A stretch of 64,000 nt of DNA from the human T2T-CHM13v2.0 reference genome, Homo sapiens. The position numbers and the translations under genes were made by a program. The stretch lies in assembly GCF_009914755.1 (NCBI RefSeq), contig NC_060948.1; one strand, given 5' to 3'. A model generated the notes under the pieces. The model saw only the letters and a program-made list of their open reading frames with translations, had not been told where the DNA came from and did no database searches. This document shows, one piece after another, positions 14,636 to 28,891 of the stretch. The stretch's first letter is position 1. Each line of letters begins with the position of its first letter.

Positions 14636-17600
14636 ATGGAGTCAAATGGAATGGTCTGGAATGGAATGAACACGAATGTAATGCAATCCAATAGAATGGA
14701 ATCGAATGGCATGGAATATAAAGAAATGGAATCGAAGAGAATGGAAACAAATGGAATGGAATTGAATGGAATGGGAACGAATGGAGTGAAATTGTATGCA
14801 GTAGAAGGGAATAGAATGGAATGCAAGCGAAAGGAAAGGAATGGATTGGAATGGAATGGAATTCATTGGAATGGAAGGGAATGTAGTGTAATGGACAGGC
14901 CTGGAATAAAGTGGAATGCTACGGTCTCGAATGGAATAAAAATGTATGGAATGGAATGCAATGAAACGGAATCGAATGTCATAGAATGTAATGGAATGCA
15001 AAAAAATGGAATCCAAAATCATTGACTGGAAAGGCTGGGTGTCGAAAGGAATTGACTCCAATGGAATGGAATCGAATGGAATGGAAGTGAATAGAATCGA
15101 ACTAAATCGAAAGGAATGGAATTGATAGGAACGGAATGGAAAGGAATGCAATGATTTGGCATGGAATGGAATCGAATGGCATCGAATGGAATGGAATGGA
15201 ATGCAATGGAATGGAATGTATTAGAATGTAATGAACTTTAATGGAATGTACTCGAATGGATTCGACTGGAATGGAATGTTCTGGAAGTGAATGGACTCCA
15301 ATGGAATGGATTCCAAAGGAATGGAATCGTACGGAATGGAATCTAATGGAATGGAATTAAATGGAAATGAATCAAATTGAATAGCACGGAATTGAATTGA
15401 ATGGAATGGAATGCAATGGAATCTAATGAAATGGAAAGGAAAGGAATGGAATGGAATGGAATGGACTGGAATGGAAAGGAATCGAAACGAATGGAATGGA
15501 ATCGAACTGAAGAGACTGGAATGGAATGCACTGGAATGGAAGGGAGTGTAATGGAAGGTTCTCGAAAAAAATGGAATCGAATGGAATGGAATTGAATGGA
15601 ACGGAATAGAGTCGAATGGAATTGAATGGAATGGAATGGACTAGAGTGAAATGGAATCGAACCACAAGGAATGGACATGAATAGAATGGTCTCGAATTGA
15701 ATGGAATCGTATGGAATGGCATCAAACGGAATGGAATGGACAGCCACGGAATGGAATGCACTCGAATGCAATGGAGTCGAAACTAATGGACTGGAATAGA
15801 ATGGACTCGACTGGTACGGACTCCAATGGAATGGAATCGAATGGAAGGGAATCGAACGGAATGGACTCGAAGGGAAAAGACTGCAATGGAAAGGTCTCGA
15901 ATGGAATGGAAATTAATGGAATGGAATGGAATCGAATGAAATGTAGTCAAAAGGAATGGAATCGTATGGCAAGAAATCGAATGTAATGGAATCACAAGGA
16001 ATTGATGTGAACGGAACGGAATGGAATGGAATCCAAAGGAATGGAATAGAATGGAATGGAATCGAATGGAAAGGACTCGAATGGAAATCACTCGAATAGA
16101 ATGCAATTTAATAAAATAGGATCAAATGTAATGGAATGGAATGAAAAGGAATCGAAACGAAAGGAATGGAGACAGATGGAATGGAATGGAACAGAGAGCA
16201 ATGGTATAGAATGGAATGGAATCATCTGGAATGGAATTGAATGGAATGGAATAATATGAAATGGAATGGAATGGAATGGAATGGAATGCCCTTGAATTAA
16301 ATGGACTGGAATGGAATGGACTCGAACAGAGTGGAATGGAAAGTGTTGAGATAGAATGGAATGGACTCCTTTGGAATGGTGTAGTATGCAATGCAATCGA
16401 CTGGCAGGGAATCAAAAGGAATGTAATCGAATGGATTGGACTGGAATGCAATGGACTCGAATAGATTGGAAACGGGATGCAAAGGAATGGAATGGAATAG
16501 TATGGAATGGAATGGAAAGGAATGGAGTGGAATAGACTAGAGTGGAATGGAATGGACTGGAAAGCAATGGACTGGAATGGAACTTTCTTGAATGGACTGG
16601 AATCAAACGGAATGGAATGCAATGCAATCAAATGGCTTGGAATAAAATAGAATGAAAGAGAATCAAATGGAATTGAATCGAATGGAATCGAATGGATTGG
16701 AAAGGAATAGAATGGAATGGAATGGAATTGACTCAAATGGAATGGACTAGAATGGAATGGATTCGAATGGAAGGCAAAGGAATGGAATCTATTGGAATGG
16801 ACTGTAATGGAATGGAATGGAAGGGATTGGAATGGACTCGAATGGAATGGACTGCTATAGAAAGGATTCGAATGGAATGAAAAAGAATTGAATGGAATAG
16901 AACAGAATGGAATCAAATCGAATGAAATGGAATGGAATAGAAAGGAATGGAATGAAATGGAATGGAAAGGATTCGAATGGAATGCAATCGAATGGAATGG
17001 AATCGAACGGAATGGAATAAAATGGAAGAAAACTGGCAAGAAATGGAATCGAAATGAATGGAGTGTTATGGAACGGACTCAAAAGGAATTGAATGTAATA
17101 GAATGGAGTGGAGTGGACTCGAATATAATGGACTGGAATGGAATGAAATCACATGGAATGGGAACGAATGGAATGGAATGGAAAGGAATGGAATCGAATG
17201 GAAAGGAATCGAATGGAAGGGAATGAAATTGAATCAACAGGAATGGAAGGGAATAGAATAGACGGTAATGGAATGGACTCGAATAGAATGGACACGAATG
17301 CTCAAATTGAATGGACTCGAATGGAATGGAAACGAAAGGAATGTCATCGAATGGAATTGAATCGATTGGAATGAAATCGCATAGAATGGAGTGGAATCAA
17401 ATGGAATTGAATCGAAAGGAAAGGAAGCGAATGGACTGAAATGAAATGGAATGGAATTGAATGGAAAGTAATGCAATGGAATAGAATGGAACGAAATTTC
17501 ACGGAATGGAATCAAACTGAATGGAATCAAATCAATGGAATCAAATCAAATGGAATGGAAAGGAATTGAATGGAGTAGATTGGATTGGATGGGATTGGAA

Positions 17601-18179
17601 TGAAATGTACTGGAAAGGACTCGAATTTCATGAAACGGAATGGAATGAATTGGAACGGAATGGACTCGAATGGAATGGAATGTCATGGAATGGCATCAAA
17701 TGGAATGGCATCAAATGGAATGGAATCGAATGCAATGGAATGCTATGGAATGGAATGGAATGCATTGGAATGGAATGTCCTCTAATGGAATGGATTCGAG
17801 TGGAATGGAATCGAATATAATGGAGTCGAATGAAATGGAATTGAAAGGAATGGGATCGAATACAATGGAATATACTGGAATGTAATGTAATGAACTCGAA
17901 TGTAATTGACTGGAATGGAATGTACATGAATGGAATGTAATCGAATGGAAAGTAATCCAATGGAATAGAATCTAATGCAATAAAATCGACTCAGATAGAG
18001 TAGAATGTAATGGAATGGAGTGCAGTGCAATGGAATGGAATGGAATGGAATGCAATTGAATGGAATGGAATGGAATGGAATGGAATGGAATGGGATGGAA
18101 TGGTATGGAATGGATAGTAATGGACTGGAGTGAAATGGACTGGAAAGGAATGGACTCAAATTGAAAGGGCTCGAAAGGA
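14636..18179 (+). repeat. DYZ1 unit U5, 3544 bp (shortest)
   Basis: Landmark spacing; HaeIII 14898; 15-bp deletion at ~14765. Confidence 0.92.
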
Positions 18180-21100
18180 ATGGAGTCAAATGGAATGGTC
18201 TGGAATGGAATGAACACGAATGTAATGCAATCCAATAGAATGGAATCGAATGGCATGGAATATAAAGAAATGGAATCGGAGAGAATGGAAACAAATGGAA
18301 TGGAATTGAATGGAATGGAATTGAATGGAATGGGAACGAATGGAGTGAAATTGTATGCAGTAGAAGGGAATAGAATGGAATGCAAGCGAAAGGAAAGGAA
18401 TGGATTGGAATGGAATGGAATTCATTGGAATGGAAGGGAATGTAGTGTAATGGACAGGCCTGGAATAAAGTGGAATGCTACGGTCTCGAATGGAATAAAA
18501 ATGTATGGAATGGAATGCAATGAAACGGAATCGAATGTCATAGAATGTAATGGAATGCAAAAAAATGGAATCCTAAATCATTGACTGGAAAGGCTGGGTG
18601 TCGAAAGGAATTGACTCCAATGGAATGGAATCGAATGGAATGGAAGTGAATAGAATCGAACTAAATCGAATGGAATGGAATTGATAGGAACGGAATGGAA
18701 AGGAATGCAATGATTTGGCATGGAATGGAATCGAATGGCATCGAATGGAATGGAATGGAATGCAATGGAATGGAATGTATTAGAATGTAATGAACTTTAA
18801 TGGAATGTACTCGAATGGATTCGACTGGAATGGAATGTTCTGGAAGTGAATGGACTCCAATGGAATGGATTCAAAAGGAATGGAATCGTACGGAAAGGAA
18901 TCTAATGGAATGGAATTAAATGGAAATGAATCAAATTGAATAGCACGGAATTGAATTGAATGGAATGGAATGCAATGGAATCTAATGAAACGGAAAGGAA
19001 AGGAATGGAATGGAATGGAATGGGCTGGAATGGAAAGGAATCGAAACGAATGGAATGGAATCGAACTGAAGAGACTGGAACGGAATGCACTGGAATGGAA
19101 GGGAGTGTAATGGAAGGTTCTCGAAAAAAATGGAATCGAATGGAATGGAATTGAATGGAACGGAATAGAGTCGAATGGAATTGAATGGAATGGAATGGAC
19201 TAGAGTGAAATGGAATCGAACCACAAGGAATGGACAGGAATAGAATGGTCTCGAATTGAATGGAATCGTATGGAATGGCATCAAACGGAATGGAATGGAC
19301 AGCCACGGAATGGAATGCACTCGAATGCAATGGAGTCGAAACTAATGGACTGGAATAGAATGGACTCGACTGGTACGGACTCCAATGGAATGGAATCGAA
19401 TGGAAGGGAATCGAACGGAATGGACTCGAAGGGAAAAGACTGCAATGGAAAGGTCTCGAATGGAATGGAAATTAATGGAATGGAATGGAATCGAATGAAA
19501 TGGAGTCAAAAGGAATGGAATCGAATGGCAAGAAATCGAATGTAATGGAATCACAAGGAATTGATGTGAACGGAACGGAATGGAATGGAATCCAAAGGAA
19601 TGGAATAGAATGGAATGGAATCGAATGGAAAGGACTCGAATGGAAATCACTCGAATAGAATGCAATTTAATAAAATAGGATCAAATGTAATGGAATGGAA
19701 TGAAAAGGAATCGAAACGAAAGGAATGGAGACAGATGGAATGGAATGGAACAGAGAGCAATGGTATAGAATGGAATGGAATCATCTGGAATGGAATTGAA
19801 TGGAATGGAATAATATGAAATGGAATGGAATGGAATGGAATGGAATGCCCTTGAATTAAATGGACTGGAATGGAATGGACTCGAACAGAGTGGAATGGAA
19901 AGTGTTGAGATAGAATGGAATGGACTCCTTTGGAATGGTGTAGTATGCAATGCAATCGACTGGCAGGGAATCAAAAGGAATGTAATCGAATGGATTGGAC
20001 TGGAATGCAATGGACTCGAATAGATTGGAAACGGAATGCAAAGGAATGGAATGGAATAGTATGGAATGGAATGGAAAGGAATGGAGTGGAATAGACTAGA
20101 GTGGAATGGAATGGACTGGAAAGCAATGGACTGGAATGGAACTTTCTTGAATGGACTGGAATCAAACGGAATGGAATGCAATGCAATCAAATGGCATGGA
20201 ATAAAATAGAATGAAAGAGAATCAAATGGAATTGAATCGAATGGAATCGAATGGATTGGAAAGGAATAGAATGGAATGGAATGGAATGGACTCAAATGGA
20301 ATGGACTAGAATGGAATGGATTCGAATGGAAGGCAAAGGAATGGAATCTATTGGAATGGACTGTAATGGAATGGAATGGAAGGGATTGGAATGGGCTCGA
20401 ATGGAATGGACTGCAATAGAAAGGATTCGAATGGAATGAAAAAGAATTGAATGGAATAGAACAGAATGGAATCAAATCGAATGAAATGGAATGGAATAGA
20501 AAGGAATGGAATGAAATGGAATGGAAAGGATTCGAATGGAATGCAATCGAATGGAATGGAATCGAACGGAATGGAATAAAATGGAAGAAAACTGGCAAGA
20601 AATGGAATCGAAATGAATGGAGTGTTATGGAACGGAGTCAAAAGGAATTGAATGTAATAGAATGGAGTGGAGTGGACTCGAATATAATGGACTGGAATGG
20701 AATGAAATCACATGGAATGGGAACGAATGGAATGGAATGGAAAGGAATGGAATCGAATGGAAAGGAATCGAATGGAAGGGAATGAAATTGAATCAACAGG
20801 AATGGAAGGGAATAGAATAGACGGTAATGGAATGGACTCGAATAGAATGGACAGGAATGCTCAAATTGAATGGACTCGAATGGAATGGAAACGAAATGAA
20901 TGTCATCGAATGGAATTGAATCGATTGGAATGAAATCATATAGAATGGAGTGGAATCAAATGGAATTGAATCGAAAGGAAAGGAAACAAATGGACTGAAA
21001 TGAAATGGAATGGAATTGAATGGAAAGTTATGTAATGGAATAGAATGGAACGAAATTTCACGGAATGGATTCAAACTGAATGGAATCAAATCAATGGAAT

Positions 21101-21738
21101 CAAATCAAATGGAATGGAAAGGAATTGAATGGAGTAGATTGGATTGGATGGGATTGGAATGAAATGTACTGGAAAGGACTCGAATTTCATGAAACGGAAT
21201 GGAATGAATTGGAACGGAACGGACTCGAATGGAATGGAATGTCATGGAATGGCATCAAATGGAATGGCATCAAATGGAATGGAATCGAATGCAATGGAAT
21301 GCTATGGAATGGAATGGAATGCATTGGAATGGAATGTCCTCTAATGGAATGGATTCGAGTGGAATGGAATCGAATATAATGGAGTCGAATGAAATGGAAT
21401 TGAAAGGAATGGGATCGAATAGAATGGAATATACTGGAATGTAATGTAATGAACTCGAATGTAATTGACTGGAATGGAATGTACATGAATGGAATGTAAT
21501 CGAATGGAAAGTAATCCAATGGAATAGAATCTAATGCAATAAAATCGACTCAGATAGAGTAGAATGCAATGGAATGGAGTGCAGTGCAATGGAATGGAAT
21601 GGAATGCAATGGAATGGAATGGAATGGAATGGAATGGAATGGAATGGAATGGAATGGAATGGTGTGGAATGGATAGTAATGGACTGGAGTGAAATGGACT
21701 GGAAAGGAATGGACTCAAATTGAAAGGGCTCGAAAGGA
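18180..21738 (+). repeat. DYZ1 unit U6, 3559 bp
   Basis: Landmark spacing; HaeIII 18457; divergent tract from 20854. Confidence 0.92.
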
Positions 21739-24700
21739 ATGGAGTCAAATGGAATGGTCTGGAATGGAATGAACACGAATGTAATGCAATCCAATAGAAT
21801 GGAATCGAATGGCATGGAATATAAAGAAATGGAATCGAAGAGAATGGAAACAAATGGAATGGAATTGAGTGGAATCGAATTGAATGGAATGGGAACGAAT
21901 GGAGTGAAATTGTATGCAGTAGAAGAGAATAGAATGGAATGCAAGCGAAAGGAAAGGAATGGATTGGAATGGAATGGAATTCATTGGAATGGAAGGGAAT
22001 GTAGTGTAATGGACAGGCCTGGAATAAAGTGGAATGCTACGGTCTCGAATGGAATAAAAATGTATGGAATGGAATGCAATGAAACGGAATCGAATGTCAT
22101 AGAATGTAATGGAATGCAAAAAAATGGAATCCAAAATCATTGACTGGAAAGGCTGGGTGTCGAAAGGAATTGACTCCAATGGAATGGAATCGAATGGAAT
22201 GGAAGTGAATAGAATCGAACTAAATCGAATGGAATGGAATTGATAGGAACGGAATGGAAAGGAATGCAATGATTTGGCATGGAATGGAATCGAATGGCAT
22301 CGAATGGAATGGAATGGAATGCAATGGAATGGAATGTATTAGAATGTAATGAACTTTAATGGAATGTACTCGAATGGATTCGACTGGAATGGAATGTTCT
22401 GGAAGTGAATGGACTCCAATGGAATGGATTCAAAAGGAATGGAATCGTACGGAATGGAATCTAATGGAATGGAATTAAATGGAAATGAATCAAATTGAAT
22501 AGCACGGAATTGAATTGAATGAAATGGAATGCAATGGAATCTAATGAAACGGAAAGGAAAGGAATGGAATGGAATGGAATGGGCTGGAATGGAAAGGAAT
22601 CGAAACGAATGGAATGGAATCGAACTGAAGAGACTGGAATGGAATGCACTGGAATGGAAGGGAGTGTAATGGAAGGTTCTCGAAAAAAATGGAATCGAAT
22701 GGAATGGAATTGAATGGAACGGAATAGAGTCGAATGAAATTGAATGGAATGGAATGGACTAGAGTGAAATGGAATCGAACCACAAGGAATGGACAGGAAT
22801 AGAATGGTCTCGAATTGAATGGAATCGTATGGAATGGCATCAAACGGAATGGAATGGACAGCCACGGAATGGAATGCACTCGAATGCAATGGAGTCGAAA
22901 CTAATGGACTGGAATAGAATGGACTCGACTGGTACGGACTCCAATGGAATGGAATCGAATGGAAGGGAATCGAACGGAATGGACTCGAAGGGAAAAGACT
23001 GCAATGGAAAGGTCTCGAATGGAATGGAAATTAATGGAATGGAATGGAATCGAATGAAATGGAGTCAAAAGGAATGGAATCGAATGGCAAGAAATCGAAT
23101 GTAATGGAATCGCAAGGAATTGATGTGAACGGAACGGAATGGAATGGAATCCAAAAGAATGGAATAGAATGGAATGGAATCGAATGGAAAGGACTCGAAT
23201 GGAAATCACTCGAATAGAATGCAATTTAATAAAATAGGATCAAATGGAATGGAATGGAATGGAAAGGAATCGAAACGAAAGGAATGGAGACAGATGGAAT
23301 GGAATGGAACAGAGAGCAATGCTATAGAATGGAATGGAATCATCTGGAATGGAATTGAATGGAATGGAATAATATGAAATGGAATGGAATGGAATGGAAT
23401 GGAATGCCCTTGAATTAAATGGACTGGAATGGAATGGACTCCAACAGAGTGGAATGGAAAGTGTTGAGATAGAATGGAATGGACTCCTTTGGAATGGTGT
23501 AGTATGCAATGCAATCGACTGGCAGGGAATCAAAAGGAATGTAATCGAATGGATTGGACTGGAATGCAATGGACTCGAATAGATTGGAAACGGAATGCAA
23601 AGGAATGGAATGGAATAGTATGGAATGGAATGGAAAGGAATGGAGTGGAATAGACTAGAGTGGAATGGAATGGACTGGAAAGCAATGGACTGGAATGGAA
23701 CTTTCTTGAATGGACTGGAATCAAACGGAATGGAATGCAATGCAATCAAATGGCATGGAATAAAATAGAATGAAAGAGAATCAAATGGAATTGAATCGAA
23801 TGGAATCGAATGGATTGGAAAGGAATAGAATGGAATGGAATGGAATTGACTCAAATGGAATGGACTAGAATGGAATGGATTCGAATGGAAGGCAAAGGAA
23901 TGGAATCTATTGGAATGGACTGTAATGGAATGGAATGGAAGGGATTGGAATGGACTCGAATGGAATGGACTGCAATAGAAAGGATTCGAATGGAATGAAA
24001 AAGAATTGAATGGAATAGAACAGAATGGAATCAAATCGAATGAAATGGAATGGAATAGAAAGGAATGGAATGAAATGGAATGGAAAGGATTCGAATGGAA
24101 TGCAATCGAATGGAATGGAATCGAACGGAATGGAATAAAATGGAAGAAAACTGGCAAGAAATGGAATCGAAATGAATGGAGTATTATGGAACGGACTCAA
24201 AAGGAATTGAATGTAATAGAATGGAGTGGAGTGGACTCGAATATAATGGACTGGAATGGAATGAAATCACATGGAATGGGAACGAATGGAATGGAATGGA
24301 AAGGAATGGAATCGAATGGAAAGGAATCGAATGGAAGGGAATGAAATTGAATCAACAGGAATGGAAGGGAATAGAATAGACGGTAATGGAATGGACTCGA
24401 ATAGAATGGACACGAATGCTCAAATTGAATGGACTCGAATGGAATGGAAACGAAAGGAATGTCATCGAATGGAATTGAATCGATTGGAATGAAATCGCAT
24501 AGAATGGAGTGGAATCAAATGGAATTGAATCGAAAGGAAAGGAAGCGAATGGACTGAAATGAAATGGAATGGAATTGAATGGAAAGTAATGCAATGGAAT
24601 AGAATGGAACGAAATTTCACGGAATGGAATCAAACTGAATGGAATCAAATCAATGGAATCTAATCAAATGGAATGGAAAGGAATTGAATGGAGTAGATTG

Positions 24701-25312
24701 GATTGGATGGGATTGGAATGAAATCTACTGGAAAGGACTCGAATTTCATGAAACGGAATGGAATGAATTGGAACGGAATGGACTCGAATGGAATGGAATG
24801 TCATGGAATGGCATCAAATGGAATGGCATCAAATGGAATGGAATCGAATGCAATGGAATGTTATGGAATGGAATGGAATGCATTGGAATGGAATGTCCTC
24901 TAATGGAATGGATTCGAGTGGAATGGAATCGAATATAATGGAGTCGAATGAAATGGAATTGAAAGGAATGGGATCGAATAGAATGGAATATACTGGAATG
25001 TAATGTAATGAACTCGAATGTAATTGACTGGAATGGAATGTACATGAATGGAAGGTAATCGAATGGAAAGTAATCCAATGGAATAGAATCTAATGCAATA
25101 AAACCGACTCAGATAGAGTAGAATGTAATGGAATGGAGTGCAGTGCAATGGAATGGAATGGAATTGAATGCAAAGGAATGGAATGGAATGGAATGGAATG
25201 GAATGGAATGGAATGGAATGGAATGGGATGGAATGGTATGGAATGGATAGAAATGGACTGGAGTGAAATGGACTGGAAAGGAATGGACTCAAATTGAAAG
25301 GGCTCGAAAGGA
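21739..25312 (+). repeat. DYZ1 unit U7, 3574 bp
   Basis: Landmark spacing; HaeIII 22016. Confidence 0.92.
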
Positions 25313-28300
25313 ATGGAGTCAAATGGAATGGTCTGGAATGGAATGAACACGAATGTAATGCAATCCAATAGAATGGAATCGAATGGCATGGAATATAAAG
25401 AAATGGATACGAAGAGAATGGAAACAAATGGAATGGAATTGAATGGAATGGAATTGAATGGAATGGGAACGAATGGAGTGAAATTGTATGCAGTAGAAGG
25501 GAATAGAATGGAATGCAAGCGAAAGGAAAGGAATGGATTGGAATGGAATGGAATTCATTGGAATGGAAGGGAATGTAGTGTAATGGACAGGCCTGGAATA
25601 AAGTGGAATGCTACGGTCTCGAATGGAATAAAAATGTATGGAATGGAATGCAATGAAACGGAATCGAATGTCATAGAATGTAATGGAATGCAACAAAATG
25701 GAATCCAAAATCATTGACTGGAAAGGCTGGGTGTCGAAAGGAATTGACTCCAATGGAATGGAATCGAATGGAATGGAAGTGAATAGAATCGAACTAAATC
25801 GAATGGAATGGAATTGATAGGAACGGAATGGAAAGGAATGCAATGATTTGGCATGGAATGGAATCGAATGGCATCGAATGGAATGGAATGGAATGCAATG
25901 GAATGGAATGTATTAGAATGTAATGAACTTTAATGGAATGTACTCGAATGGATTCGACTGGAATGGAATGTTCTGGAAGTGAATGGACTCCAATGGAATG
26001 GATTCAAAAGGAATGGAATCGTACGGAATGGAATCTAATGGAATGGAATTAAATGGAAATGAATCAAATTGAATAGCACGGAATTGAATTGAATGGAATG
26101 GAATGCAATGGAATCTAATGAAACGGAAAGGAAAGGAATGGAATGGAATGGAATGGGCTGGAATGGAAAGGAATCGAAACGAATGGAATGGAATCGAACT
26201 GAAGAGACTGGAATGGAATGCACTGGAATGGAAGGGAGTGTAATGGAAGGTTCTCGAAAAAAATGGAATCGAATGGAATGGAATTGAATGGAACGGAATA
26301 GAGTCGAATGGAATTGAATGGAATGGAATGGACTAGAGTGAAATGGAATCGAACCACAAGGAATGGAGAGGAATAGAATGGTCTCGAATTGAATGGAATC
26401 ATATGGAATGGCATCAAACGGAATGGAATGGACAGCCACGGAATGGAATGCACTCGAATGCAATGGAGTCGAAACTAATGGACTGGAATAGAATGGACTC
26501 GACTGGTACGGACTCCAATGGAATGGAATCGAATGGAAGGGAATCGAACGGAATGGACTCGAAGGGAAAAGACTGCAATGGAAAGGTCTCGAATGGAATG
26601 GAAATTAATGGAATGGAATGGAATCGAATGAAATGGAGTCAAAAGGAATGGAATCGAATGGCAAGAAATCGAATGTAATGGAATCGCAAGGAATTGATGT
26701 GAACGGAACGGAATGGAATGGAATCCAAAGGAATGGAATAGAATGGAATGGAATCGAATGGAAAGGACTCGAATGGAAATCACTCGAATAGAATGCAATT
26801 TAATAAAATAGGATCAAATATAATGGAATGGAATGGAAAGGAATCGAAACGAAAGGAATGGAGACAGATGGAATGGAATAGAACAGAGAGCAATGGTATA
26901 GAATGGAATGGAATCATCTGGAATGGAATTGAATGGAATGGAATAATATGAAATGGAATGGAATGGAATGGAATGGAATGCCCTTGAATTAAATGGACTG
27001 GAATGGAATGGACTCGAACAGAGTGGAATGGAAAGTGTTGAGATAGAATGGAATGGACTCCTTTGGAATGGTGTAGTATGCAATGCAATCGACTGGCAGG
27101 GAATCAAAAGGAATGTAATCGAATGGATTGGACTGGAATGCAATGGACTCGAATAGATTGCAAACAGAATGCAAAGGAATGGAATGGAATAGTATGGAAT
27201 GGAATGGAAAGGAATGGAGTGGAATAGACTAGAGTGGAATGGAATGGACTGGAAAGCAATGGACTGGAATGGAACTTTCTTGAATGGACTGGAATCAAAC
27301 GGAATGGAATGCAATGCAATCAAATGGCATGGAATAAGATAGAATGAAAGAGAATCAAATGGAATTGAATCGAATGGAATCGAATGGATTGGAAAGGAAT
27401 AGAATGGAATGGAATGGAATTGACTCAAATGGAATGGACTAGAATGGAATGGATTCGAATGGAAGGCAAAGGAATGGAATCTATTGGAATGGACTGTAAT
27501 GGAATGGAATGGAAGGGATTGGAATGGACTCGAATGGAATGGACTGCAATAGAAAGGATTTGAATGGAATGAAAAAGAATTGAATGGAATAGAACAGAAT
27601 GGAATCAAATCGAATGAAATGGAATGGAATAGAAAGGAATGGAATGAAATGGAATGGAAAGGATTCGAATGGAATGCAATCGAATGGAATGGAATCGAAC
27701 GGAATGGAATAAAATGGAAGAAAACTGGCAAGAAATGGAATCGAAATGAATGGAGTGTTATGGAACGGACTCAAAAGGAATTGAATGTAATAGAATGGAG
27801 TGGAGTGGACTCGAATATAATGGACTGGAATGGAATGAAATCACATGGAATGGGAACGAATGGAATGGAATGGAAAGGAATGGAATCGAATGGAAAGGAA
27901 TCGAATGGAAGGGAATGAAATTGAATCAACAGGAATGGAAGGGAATAGAATAGACGGTAATGGAATGGACTCGAATAGAATGGACACGAATGCTCAAATT
28001 GAATGGACTCGAATGGAATGGAAACGAAAGGAATGTCATCGAATGGAATTGAATCGATTGGAATGAAATCGCATAGAATGGAGTGGAATCAAATGGAATT
28101 GAATCGAAAGGAAAGGAAGCGAATGGACTGAAATGAAATGGAATGGAATTGAATGGAAAGTAATGCCATGGAATAGAATGGAACGAAATTTCACGGAATG
28201 GAATCAAACTGAATGGAATCAAATCAATGGAATCTAATCAAATGGAATGGAAAGGAATTGAATGGAGTAGATTGGATTGGATGGGATTGGAATGAAATGT

Positions 28301-28891
28301 ACTGGAAAGGACTCGAATTTCATGAAACGGAATGGAATGAATTGGAACGGAATGGACTCGAATGGAATGGAATGTCATGGAATGGCATCAAATGGAATGG
28401 CATCAAATGGAATGGAATCGAATGCAATGGAATGCTATGGAATGGAATGGAATGCATTGGAATGGAATGTCCTCTAATGGAATGGATTCGAGTGGAATGG
28501 AATCGAATATAATGGAGTCGAATGAAATGGAATTGAAAGGAATGGGATCGAATAGAATGGAATATACTGGAATGTAATGTAATGAACTCGAATGTAATTG
28601 ACTGGAATGGAATGTACATGAATGGAATGTAATCGAATGGAAAGTAATCCAATGGAATAGAATCTAATGCAATAAAATCGACTCAGATAGAGTAGAATGT
28701 AATGGAATGGAGTGCAGTGCAATGGAATGGAATGGAATGGAATGCAATGGAATGGAATGGAATGGAATGGAATGGAATGGAATGGAATGGAATGGGATGG
28801 AATGGTATGGAATGGTATGGAATGGATAGTAATGGACTGGAGTGAAATGGACTGGAAAGGAATGGACTCAAATTGAAAGGGCTCGAAAGGA
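25313..28891 (+). repeat. DYZ1 unit U8, 3579 bp
   Basis: Landmark spacing; HaeIII 25590; 10-bp duplication at 28801-28820. Confidence 0.92.
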
